This document shows, in pieces, positions 48,714 through 56,970 of a stretch of 64,000 nt of DNA; positions within the stretch are counted from its first letter, which is position 1, and each line of letters begins with the position of its first letter. The DNA is taken from assembly GCA_963663865.1 (NCBI GenBank), contig OY760686.1:1952001-2016000 (forward strand). The letters are read 5' to 3'. The notes below the pieces were generated by a model that saw only the letters and a list, made by a program, of their open reading frames with translations, was not told where the DNA came from and did no database searches. Made by a program: the position numbers and the translations under genes. The stretch is from Spirochaetota bacterium. Its GTDB lineage: Bacteria; Spirochaetota; UBA4802; UBA5550.

Positions 48714-48719
48714 ACAGAA

Positions 48720-50120
48720 ATGCTTAAATTCCCGGTGAGGTTATTCCTCTTCATTCTGATACCTGTAATACCCCTTATTATATTCAGCTCATCTTTTCCT
48801 GAGGGCTCTGAAGGCGGCCCTCTTTTTCTGCAGGTGCACTATACGAGTCCGCTGAGCGGTGTAAGTTCAGAGCAGCTAAGCGCGCTTCTTTCCGGAAAAC
48901 CCCTTGATACGGCGGCTCCTTCAGTCACGGGTACGTTTGAGGTCTTCGCCGACAGCGCTGTGGCGGACGGGCTCATAGAGCAATATCCTCAGCTCAAAGC
49001 AAAGCGCGCGGACTTCAGCTCCAGCTCTCTTTCATCTCTTCGCAACTTTATAGGCATCTCCGATTCACGAGGGCTTCAGCCCTGCTTCAAAGTACTTCCG
49101 GTTGACGGCGTTCTTCCCTGGACGGCGGTGGATGATGCCGCCCGTAATGAGTCTGCCTACCCCTTCACAGCCGGCTTTGCAAGGCAGTGGGACAGCTCCG
49201 GGCACGTCAGCGTTGTGCAGACCGGCGTAACCGCCATGACTAGGGCTTTTATTCCTGCGGTAAAGCGCTCCGGCGATGTTCTTTCGCCAGTTCGTGAAAC
49301 ATGGGAGATAACCTCGTCGGCGGATATAGCCATGACCTCAAACGAGGTTTCCTTTGACGACAAATGCACCTATCCGTTCAAGGACAGAATGAGCTTCTGC
49401 TCTCCGAAGGAGTACTACCGAATTTTACAAAAGTCAGGCTTCGACGTAATTGAACTTACCGGCAACCACAACAACGACTATGGAACCGGCAACAGCATCA
49501 AAACCCTGGACATGTATGAAAAGGACGGAATAGTCTGTTTCGGCGGCGGCAGGAATACCGATGAAGCAGAACGGATAAGATACGTCGACGTAAAGGGAAC
49601 ACGCTTCGCGTTCACAGGCTTCAACCAGTGGGGGCCGCCTCAGGCATGGGCGGGCAATGATTCTCCGGGAGCGGCCCGGCTCACCCGTGAAAAGTTTTTC
49701 GCAGCGGTCAAAGAGGCTGCGGCCAAAGCGGACATTGTATTTGTGTCAGTGCAGTGGGGTAACGAAAACAGCCCTGTTCCACACCCCATTCAGACGGAGT
49801 ATTTCAGAAAGGCCGCTGAGATGGGGGCCCATATCCTTGTGTCTTCGTCGGCGCACAGACCAATGGGAATTGAGTTCCACGCCGGAAGGTTTATATCATA
49901 CGGCCTGGGAAACTTCCTTTTCGACCAGATGCAGACAGTCAATCACAGACGGGGTCTCATCGCGAGGCACCATTTCTACCGCAAGAGGCACATACAGACT
50001 GAACTTATACCCTACCTCATTCACAGCCACTCCCGGCCGGTTCTTCAAAAGGGTGCTGACGCCGGTGCCACGATGAGCGATGTTTTCAGATACAGTCTGG
50101 GCGAGACCTTCGGGAAATAG
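48720..50120 (+). CDS. CapA-family metallophosphoesterase-fold protein
   Basis: GFDVIELTGNHNNDYG, VSVQWGNE, SAHRP, SYGLGNFLFDQ. Confidence 0.85.
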   Translation: MLKFPVRLFLFILIPVIPLIIFSSSFPEGSEGGPLFLQVHYTSPLSGVSSEQLSALLSGKPLDTAAPSVTGTFEVFADSAVADGLIEQYPQLKAKRADFSSSSLSSLRNFIGISDSRGLQPCFKVLPVDGVLPWTAVDDAARNESAYPFTAGFARQWDSSGHVSVVQTGVTAMTRAFIPAVKRSGDVLSPVRETWEITSSADIAMTSNEVSFDDKCTYPFKDRMSFCSPKEYYRILQKSGFDVIELTGNHNNDYGTGNSIKTLDMYEKDGIVCFGGGRNTDEAERIRYVDVKGTRFAFTGFNQWGPPQAWAGNDSPGAARLTREKFFAAVKEAAAKADIVFVSVQWGNENSPVPHPIQTEYFRKAAEMGAHILVSSSAHRPMGIEFHAGRFISYGLGNFLFDQMQTVNHRRGLIARHHFYRKRHIQTELIPYLIHSHSRPVLQKGADAGATMSDVFRYSLGETFGK

Positions 50121-50125
50121 AACGT

Positions 50126-51271
50126 TCATGCGTAACTTCCGGCAGCGTCCATAATTTCAATAGCGAAGCTGTGTATGCTGCTGACACGGTCTTTTTCGAC
50201 CCTGAATCCTATGGCACCCTCGTGTCCGCCGCCGTTATCTATGTCAAGCTTCTCAAGTATTCTTCTCAAGTCAAACACCTTGTAGTTCATGCTGCGCCTG
50301 ATTCTGAACTGTATGAGCCCGGTTGTCTCATCGGGGTCATAATAAGCGATGAGCCCGAGGCGTCCGCTTTTTTCCGCGAGGTCGTCAGCAAGCCCTCTCG
50401 CTACCGATACTACCGTATCGCTTCCGAATCGCCTAAAAATCTCGTTGGAGATATCTCTGTCAACTATAACGTAGGAAAAGAGACCATGCTTTCTTTCGTC
50501 CCTGCGCATCATCTCAGCGCACATGCTTTCTTCAGATGACAGCTTCTGTATCTCCGAAAACACCTCGGACATGTCAGAGAGGTTTGTCTTCTTTGTGGTC
50601 TCCATCCCCAGTATGCGGTTGTACATCTCGCTGAATATGCTGTAGTATATCCTTTCACGCCGTGATTTCAGAAAGCTTCCCATTTTTGAATCGCCGATAA
50701 TCCCTGTAAGTACCGCAAGAACGAAATTCCTTGTGAAGGGATTGATTCCGCCGGCGGCGTACCACGGCGAACTTTTCATCTTGAGAGCGAGGTATCCGAC
50801 AAGCTCGCTGGCCGACGATGCCTCTGTTACAAGGCTCAGCTCCGGATCTCCGATGTATTCGCTGTCCGCTCCGATATGGTGATCAATCTCGACTTTCACA
50901 ACGGATTCATCATTTAAGATAAGGTCAATCTCTGGAATTGTGTCAAGCATTGAGCCCTTTGGTGTGTCGCAGATGATGACAGCATCAATGTCATCCGGGA
51001 TTGCTGCGGAAGAGCTCACTATCGCTATTCCATTGTAGCGGCTGATGCTGACGAGGTATTCGAAATGCTCGTGTATGGCATGGCTCTGAAAAATGACAGC
51101 CGGCCTGTCTATCTTTGAGAGCAGTATTCCCGCCGCGACTGTCGAAGAGATGCAGTCCTCGTCCGGGCTCTTATGGCCGAGTATCAGAAAACTTTTCCTG
51201 GTATTGAATACGTCTATTATAGCCGAGGATATCGCCCTTTTCTGCATGATTGTCGGTATTGGTCTCTTCAC
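50126..51271 (-). CDS. DHH/DHHA1 family phosphoesterase (NrnA-like)
   Basis: GHKSPDEDCISS, IICDT, EIDHH, GIIGDS, GGGHEGAIG. Confidence 0.88.
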   Translation of the reverse strand: MKRPIPTIMQKRAISSAIIDVFNTRKSFLILGHKSPDEDCISSTVAAGILLSKIDRPAVIFQSHAIHEHFEYLVSISRYNGIAIVSSSAAIPDDIDAVIICDTPKGSMLDTIPEIDLILNDESVVKVEIDHHIGADSEYIGDPELSLVTEASSASELVGYLALKMKSSPWYAAGGINPFTRNFVLAVLTGIIGDSKMGSFLKSRRERIYYSIFSEMYNRILGMETTKKTNLSDMSEVFSEIQKLSSEESMCAEMMRRDERKHGLFSYVIVDRDISNEIFRRFGSDTVVSVARGLADDLAEKSGRLGLIAYYDPDETTGLIQFRIRRSMNYKVFDLRRILEKLDIDNGGGHEGAIGFRVEKDRVSSIHSFAIEIMDAAGSYA

Positions 51272-51296
51272 AGCGCTCCCCCGTAAAGGATGTTTT

Positions 51297-52268
51297 CTAA
51301 ACTCTGTAAACCCTGTTCTTGCCGCTGTTCTTTGCGTGGTACAGTGCGGTGTCGGCCTGCTTCATTAACGCGGCCGGATTGTCAGCGCTGTCAGGAAACA
51401 TGGCTATGCCCTGACTCAACGTTATGCTAAGGCCGCTCATCCCTGTAATCGGGGCAAGATCTATATCCTCTATCGTTCTGGTGCCCGTTTCCGCTACTCT
51501 CTCAGCATCACTGCCGCCTGTATCGGGCATTATAACACAGAACTCATCGCCACCGTATCTTATAAAGATATCTTTTTCACGGAGAACAGCGCTGTATTTT
51601 TCGACGAAAAGCCTGATAATGCCGTCCACAACCTCAGGCGGGCATGCCTCGGATATCTCCCTGAAGTTATCTATGTCCATCATGATAAGAGCAAGCTTTT
51701 TTCCTGAAGCGGACGCGGTCCTTATGCTGTCAGGCAGGGCTTCATCAAAATGTCTTCTGTTGTAGATGCCGGTCAAGTCATCGCGATACGCGCGCCTGCC
51801 CGCTCTTTCACCCCAGTTGATCATCTCGGCAAGGAATGAACTCTTCTCTTCGAGTCGCTCTGTAATGGTGTTCAGCATATTCAACATGAGAATACCGGCC
51901 GCCTTCGGGTGCTGATCGATGAATGACTTAAAGGATTCCCTGCTCACGGCAAGAAGGACGCTGTCTGCTTCGGAGACACAGCCGGCAGACCTTGGCTTGT
52001 TCTCAAACACTGCCATCTCGCCGAAAAAATCACCTTTCACGTAGGACCCCAGCGGCCTCTCGCCGGTTCCCGCGGCAGAAGAGCTTGATATTACACGTCC
52101 CTCAATAACCACATAGAGCTCATCGCCGGCCTCCCCTTCGCTGAAGATAAGCGTACCCTCAGAAACGGTCATGGGCCTGGCCAACGAGACGAAGACGTCA
52201 AGATCGTCAGCCGTGAAATGCCTGAAGAGACTGAGCTGCGTCAGCGTATTTCTGATCTGCTCATTCAT
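51297..52268 (-). CDS. cNMP-binding domain + GGDEF protein (GGDEF motif intact)
   Basis: FFGEMAVFENKPRSA; DDLTG, MDIDNF, REKD I-site, RYGGDEF, ADTALYHAKNSGKNRV; start MNEQ overlaps the upstream stop. Confidence 0.92.
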   Translation of the reverse strand: MNEQIRNTLTQLSLFRHFTADDLDVFVSLARPMTVSEGTLIFSEGEAGDELYVVIEGRVISSSSAAGTGERPLGSYVKGDFFGEMAVFENKPRSAGCVSEADSVLLAVSRESFKSFIDQHPKAAGILMLNMLNTITERLEEKSSFLAEMINWGERAGRRAYRDDLTGIYNRRHFDEALPDSIRTASASGKKLALIMMDIDNFREISEACPPEVVDGIIRLFVEKYSAVLREKDIFIRYGGDEFCVIMPDTGGSDAERVAETGTRTIEDIDLAPITGMSGLSITLSQGIAMFPDSADNPAALMKQADTALYHAKNSGKNRVYRV

Positions 52269-53271
52269 ATTGAATAAATTCCGTGATATAATCGGTGTGG
52301 ATCCTTGCTCCTCCAGCCTTTCTTGCGGCATGCATAAGCTCATGGGCTTTTTTTATGAAACCGTTTTCGTCAACACTCTTTCCTGAAAAAGCGGATATAC
52401 CCATGCTCACCCTCATATTAAAACGCTCTCCGCCAAGAATGTCAGATATGTCCATGTTGTACAACATGCGGGCGATATCCTCCGCGTTTCCCAGGGCCTC
52501 TTCAAGCGCCACGGCGGGCATTATAACCGTGAACTCATCTCCTCTGTAACGGGCGGCGGTAAAACCGGGCGAAATCTTTTCACCAAGCAAACGCGCTATT
52601 CTGATGAGCGCGGCATCGCCCGCGTCGTGTCCGAAACTGTCGTTTACGTATTTAAAATCGTCGGGCTTTATCATCAGTACGGACACAGGAAGCGGCAGGG
52701 TGTGAGGCGCAGCGGCTACCTCGCTCTCAAGGTAAGTCCTGTTTAGAAGGCCGGTCAGCCTGTCGGTATAGAGCTTGCCTCTGAGCTCGTTAAGCCAGGG
52801 CGTCCTTTCAGCGATAAGGCCGTTGACGTCTCTTATGCGGCCGTCGAGTATCGATATGAAGTGGTAGAGTATCTCGGCGCATATTCCAGGATGCCGGTCA
52901 GAAATCTCCTCCAGAGTGACATCATCCCCCGGAAAATAGAGAAGAGACGTGTCTCTGACGGCCATGGCGCTCACCGAATGCCTGGAATCTCTAAAAAGAG
53001 AAAGCTCGCCAAAGCTCTCGCCTTTAATAAAGCCGGCAACATCGGCATGATCTTCGCCCTCGCCGCGCGAGAGGACAACCTCGCCGTCTTCTATAATATA
53101 CATAGAGGAGCTTCTTCCGCCTTCGCGGAAAAGGAGCTCGCCGGCCGGCAGGCGCCTCCTGGCCGTGTACTTTGCAACTATAGCAAGCTCTTCCGGGCCG
53201 AGGTTGGCAAAAAGCGGCAACGAGCCAAGAATGGACGCGATGTCCTCACTGCTGTTGTTCTGTGTTTTCAT
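52261..53271 (-). CDS. cNMP-binding domain + degenerate GGDEF protein (RGDEF)
   Basis: SFGELSLFRDSRHS; DRLTGLLNR, MIKPDDFKYVNDSFGHDAGD, RYRGDEF. Confidence 0.9.
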   Translation of the reverse strand: MKTQNNSSEDIASILGSLPLFANLGPEELAIVAKYTARRRLPAGELLFREGGRSSSMYIIEDGEVVLSRGEGEDHADVAGFIKGESFGELSLFRDSRHSVSAMAVRDTSLLYFPGDDVTLEEISDRHPGICAEILYHFISILDGRIRDVNGLIAERTPWLNELRGKLYTDRLTGLLNRTYLESEVAAAPHTLPLPVSVLMIKPDDFKYVNDSFGHDAGDAALIRIARLLGEKISPGFTAARYRGDEFTVIMPAVALEEALGNAEDIARMLYNMDISDILGGERFNMRVSMGISAFSGKSVDENGFIKKAHELMHAARKAGGARIHTDYITEFIQYE

Positions 53272-54586
53272 TCACCATCGATACCGGCTGCCCCGTCGCC
53301 TCAAGAACGCTGTGCCAGAAGGGCGATATCGGATTTAAAAGCTTTCTCTGCGATATTGCCATCTCAATCGGGATGTGTATGTACATGTTGTTGAACTGAC
53401 CGATTACGCAGTCGGTTTTACCGGCCATTCCGGCATGCAGGGCGTACTGCCCAAGCAGCGCGCAGTAAACAGCGTCGTTCGGGACGGCTCTGGAGCTGCG
53501 TATGATGTAGCTCGGATCGATATACTTCAGATTTACAGGGTTCCCCCTGGCGCTGAAGTAGCTCCTTATTTTGTCTCTCAGATATATTCCGATATCGCCC
53601 AGAATAACGTTGCCTGATGCGTCCTTTACTGGGACTCCATTCTCGTCGACAAGATGTTCCTGCCCGGCGCCCTCGGCTACGCAGATTACAGCGTGGCCTC
53701 TGTGCATCATTCTTCTCTCGAGATGGGCTAAAAAGCCGTTTTCTCCTTCCATGTCAAACTTCACTTCTGGAACGAGTACAAAGTTGACATCGTTAAGAGC
53801 GAGAGCAGCGTTAGCCGCAATGAATCCTGAGTGACGGCCCATGAGCTTGACAAGACCTATACCGTTAGGAGCCCCCTTTGCCTCGACATGCGCGGCGTAT
53901 ATGGAATCGGCCGCCTTTGAAAAGGCCGTTTCGAATCCGAAGGACCTCTGTATATAGCTGATATCGTTGTCTATTGTTTTCGGTATTCCGATGACGGACA
54001 GGTTCAGTCCCTTTTTCTGTGCGAGCTCTGATATTTTGTGAGCGCCTCTCAGAGTGCCGTCTCCTCCGATTGTAAAGAGGACATTGATCTTCAGATTCTC
54101 AAGGGTGTTGACCAGAATATCCATGTTTTCCGTACCGCCCCGTGAAGAGCCGAGAATGGTTCCCCCGTTGAGGTGAATCTCGTCAACGAGATGCGGTGTA
54201 AGCTCAATAGGATGATATCCCATTGAAGGATTGAGTCCGTTATAGCCGAAGCGTATTCCCAGGATTGAATGCACTCCGTATCGGTAATAGGCTGACATGA
54301 CTATTGAACGGATAACATCGTTCAATCCGGGGCAAAGGCCGCCGCAGGTAACAATGGCGCATCTGGTCTCCGACGGCTTGAAGTGGAGATGTTGCCTCGG
54401 CCCGGCAAGCTCGAAGGTAAGATCATTTTTAGAACTTTTTTTAACAGGGGCAGCGTCCATGTGCTTAAATATGTCGTAACGCATTCTGGTGCTCTCAGGC
54501 ACATAGAACGAGTCCTGCATCGGCATTTTCATTACGTCCGTTGCCCTGAATGCGCATTTGCCGATAGTCTTTATGTTAAAATCCAT
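53246..54586 (-). CDS. pfkA: ATP-dependent 6-phosphofructokinase (clade X type)
   Basis: TCGGLCPGLND, GGTILGSSRG, GGDGT (Gly at the ATP/PPi-discriminating position), PKTIDND, KLMGRHSG, YIDPSY. Confidence 0.93.
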   Translation of the reverse strand: MDFNIKTIGKCAFRATDVMKMPMQDSFYVPESTRMRYDIFKHMDAAPVKKSSKNDLTFELAGPRQHLHFKPSETRCAIVTCGGLCPGLNDVIRSIVMSAYYRYGVHSILGIRFGYNGLNPSMGYHPIELTPHLVDEIHLNGGTILGSSRGGTENMDILVNTLENLKINVLFTIGGDGTLRGAHKISELAQKKGLNLSVIGIPKTIDNDISYIQRSFGFETAFSKAADSIYAAHVEAKGAPNGIGLVKLMGRHSGFIAANAALALNDVNFVLVPEVKFDMEGENGFLAHLERRMMHRGHAVICVAEGAGQEHLVDENGVPVKDASGNVILGDIGIYLRDKIRSYFSARGNPVNLKYIDPSYIIRSSRAVPNDAVYCALLGQYALHAGMAGKTDCVIGQFNNMYIHIPIEMAISQRKLLNPISPFWHSVLEATGQPVSMVNENTEQQQ

Positions 54587-54681
54587 TTTTCACCTCATTT
54601 TGTCCGCTTTCCGATTCTACTTCTCTTGCTTATTATTAATGCAAATAAGATTTCTTATAATCACAATAAACCCGGCTTTAG

Positions 54682-56079
54682 TCAAGTTAAATGTTCCACA
54701 ACTCTCATTGATTTCCAGGCGCCATGACGGAACCTTAGCAAAAAGATAACACCCACTATGGCTATGTAAAGGGAGGCAGACAGCCAGGCGGCCATAAGTC
54801 CCAGACCAAACACGGAAATAATCAGATATGAAGGGAGCACAAGAACACCGAGCGAGGTCAGCGTCATAACATACATAACAAAACGTGTGTCCCCGGCGCC
54901 CTTGACGGCTGAACCGAATATTACATTCATTGTGTCAAAGATGCAGTAAAAGGCAACAAATCGCATCAGTATGAGCGTTAAGTCAAAAATTTCATCAAAA
55001 ACAGCACCTTCTGTATTAAGGGAAAAAGGCATTATGAAGAGCTCCGGCACAAAAACAAACAACAGAGCCACTACAGACATATAGAAGAAAGCTATATGAA
55101 AACCCGAATAGGCGGCATATTCAGCTATATCGGCCCTGTTACGGCCGATATTACGCCCCACGAGTATGGATATCGCCATCCCGAGGCCGATCATCGGCAT
55201 GAATGAGAGATTGCTGATGTTGTAGGCGATATTCGTCGCCGCAAGATTGACTGTGCCCAGCTTCCCGATAAGGATGAGAAAAAGCGAAAACCCTGAGACC
55301 TCGAGAAAAAACTGGATACCGCTTGGCAAACCGTACTTGATAAGCCTCGAAAAAAGCTCGTAGTTAAACCTCCAGCCTCCGGCTGTATTGTACTTCCTGC
55401 GGTATTCTCTGCTTAGAAATATAGCGTAATAGATAATGATATTCAGCAGAGAGGAGATTACAGTCGATATTCCCGCGCCTGCAATACCCATGGGCTCAAA
55501 CCCCAGATGGCCGAATATCAGAACATAGTTCATGAGGATGTTGGCGCCGGTGATGAGTATGTTTACCCACATCACAATCCATACCTTCCCTATGCTCGAA
55601 TAGAAACTCGACAGCGCGCTTGAGGCTACAACCGGAAATGTCCCAACGGCAAGTATCTGAAAGTACAGAACCTCCTGCTCCCTGATAGCCTGTTCATGCC
55701 CTATAAAGTCAAAGATGTAAGGCGCGAGAGGTATTGAGAGCATTACGAGTACGGCTGAAAACGCGGCGATGTAGATTCCCTGCCAGAGCGATGGACCTGT
55801 CATGGAGTAGCGTTCAGCGCCGAAGTACTGCGACACGAAGGTCCCCACATATGTCGCCGTGCCCATAAAAAGGCAAATCAGTGTGAAGTTGAGTATTCCC
55901 GAAGGCACCGAGGCAGCAATAGCCTCGGGTGAATACCATGTCAGAAACATCCGGTCAATAAACTGCTGAACTGACCAGCTGCCTGTGGAAATAATAAGAG
56001 GAAAAGCAAGCAGCAGAATCTCCCTGTAACCGCACTCAGCCGACCATCTTCTGGAAATATATCTATTCAGTTTCTTCAT
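54682..56079 (-). CDS. MATE family efflux transporter
   Basis: 12-TM duplicated pattern; FIDRMFL, SQYFGA, NYVLIFG..GF..MGIAGAG, GAGDTR. Confidence 0.93.
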   Translation of the reverse strand: MKKLNRYISRRWSAECGYREILLLAFPLIISTGSWSVQQFIDRMFLTWYSPEAIAASVPSGILNFTLICLFMGTATYVGTFVSQYFGAERYSMTGPSLWQGIYIAAFSAVLVMLSIPLAPYIFDFIGHEQAIREQEVLYFQILAVGTFPVVASSALSSFYSSIGKVWIVMWVNILITGANILMNYVLIFGHLGFEPMGIAGAGISTVISSLLNIIIYYAIFLSREYRRKYNTAGGWRFNYELFSRLIKYGLPSGIQFFLEVSGFSLFLILIGKLGTVNLAATNIAYNISNLSFMPMIGLGMAISILVGRNIGRNRADIAEYAAYSGFHIAFFYMSVVALLFVFVPELFIMPFSLNTEGAVFDEIFDLTLILMRFVAFYCIFDTMNVIFGSAVKGAGDTRFVMYVMTLTSLGVLVLPSYLIISVFGLGLMAAWLSASLYIAIVGVIFLLRFRHGAWKSMRVVEHLT

Positions 56080-56295
56080 TAATTCCGCATTTAATATTGA
56101 ATTTTCACGTTAAAAACATCATAATCCATGTTCATCCTGAAACAGTGACATAAATAGTCAAGCAATAATGAATTGACAGTGAACCGCGTTTGAAACAAAT
56201 GACTTTTATGCACGGACTTATCGTTAAGTCTATGCCAGTGTTCTTTATACAGCAATTGACGGCCTCAACCGCCGCCGAATCGGAAGGTAATTTCA

Positions 56296-56970
56296 ATGGA
56301 CTTGAAGATTCAGGAAGTAGCGGGTCTACTCAGCGCGCCTGAAAAAACTATTAAGCGCTGGATAAAAAAAGAAGGGATGCCTGCGTACAGAATCAAGAAG
56401 CAGCTGTATTTCAACAGATCTGAGGCTGCGGAATGGCTTCTTGAGAACAACAAGGCTGTCCAGGCTGACATTGAGAAGCTCTTTGCCGCTGAAAAGCCGG
56501 TTTCAATACATGACCTTGTGATAAGAGGTGGGATATTCCGCAACATAGGCGGCAACAGCCCTTCAACGGTTATAGACCACCTTGTCCGGGAAATCAACAT
56601 CCCCGGAGAAACCTCAAGAGAAGAGATACGAAAAACGCTCCTTCAACGCGAAGAGATGATGTCCACTGCTGTAGGAAACGGCATCGCAATTCCTCACCCC
56701 CGCAATCCGGTAATATCAAACATAGGCGATGAGGCAGTATCAATCGCTTTCCTGGCAGAACCTGCCGACTTTCACGCCCTCGACGGGAAGCCTGTCCACA
56801 CACTGTTTGCGGTTATATCATCCAACGCAAGACGGCACCTGGAAATCTTAGCCAGGCTGTCATATCTGTGCCGCAGGCCTGATTTTATAGCATCTCTTGA
56901 GGAAAGACATGGCGACTCGGCCCTCCTAAAAAGCATCGAACTAATTGAAAAGGAAATGGTTTCAGCGTAA
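56296..56970 (+). CDS. PTS EIIA (Ntr/Fru-type) with N-terminal excisionase-like HTH
   Basis: LKIQEVAGLL...EKTIKRW....MPAYRI; REEMMSTAVGNGIAIPHPR phospho-His; HLEILARLS. Confidence 0.9.
   Translation: MDLKIQEVAGLLSAPEKTIKRWIKKEGMPAYRIKKQLYFNRSEAAEWLLENNKAVQADIEKLFAAEKPVSIHDLVIRGGIFRNIGGNSPSTVIDHLVREINIPGETSREEIRKTLLQREEMMSTAVGNGIAIPHPRNPVISNIGDEAVSIAFLAEPADFHALDGKPVHTLFAVISSNARRHLEILARLSYLCRRPDFIASLEERHGDSALLKSIELIEKEMVSA

Noticed and set aside
53246-54586. PPi-dependent phosphofructokinase
   Set aside because: GGDG rather than GGDD indicates ATP specificity
56200-56295. Fluoride riboswitch, known upstream of some formate-hydrogenlyase-like operons
   Set aside because: TGACGGCCTC has no upstream GATGAGGCC-type pseudoknot partner and the 5' consensus is missing
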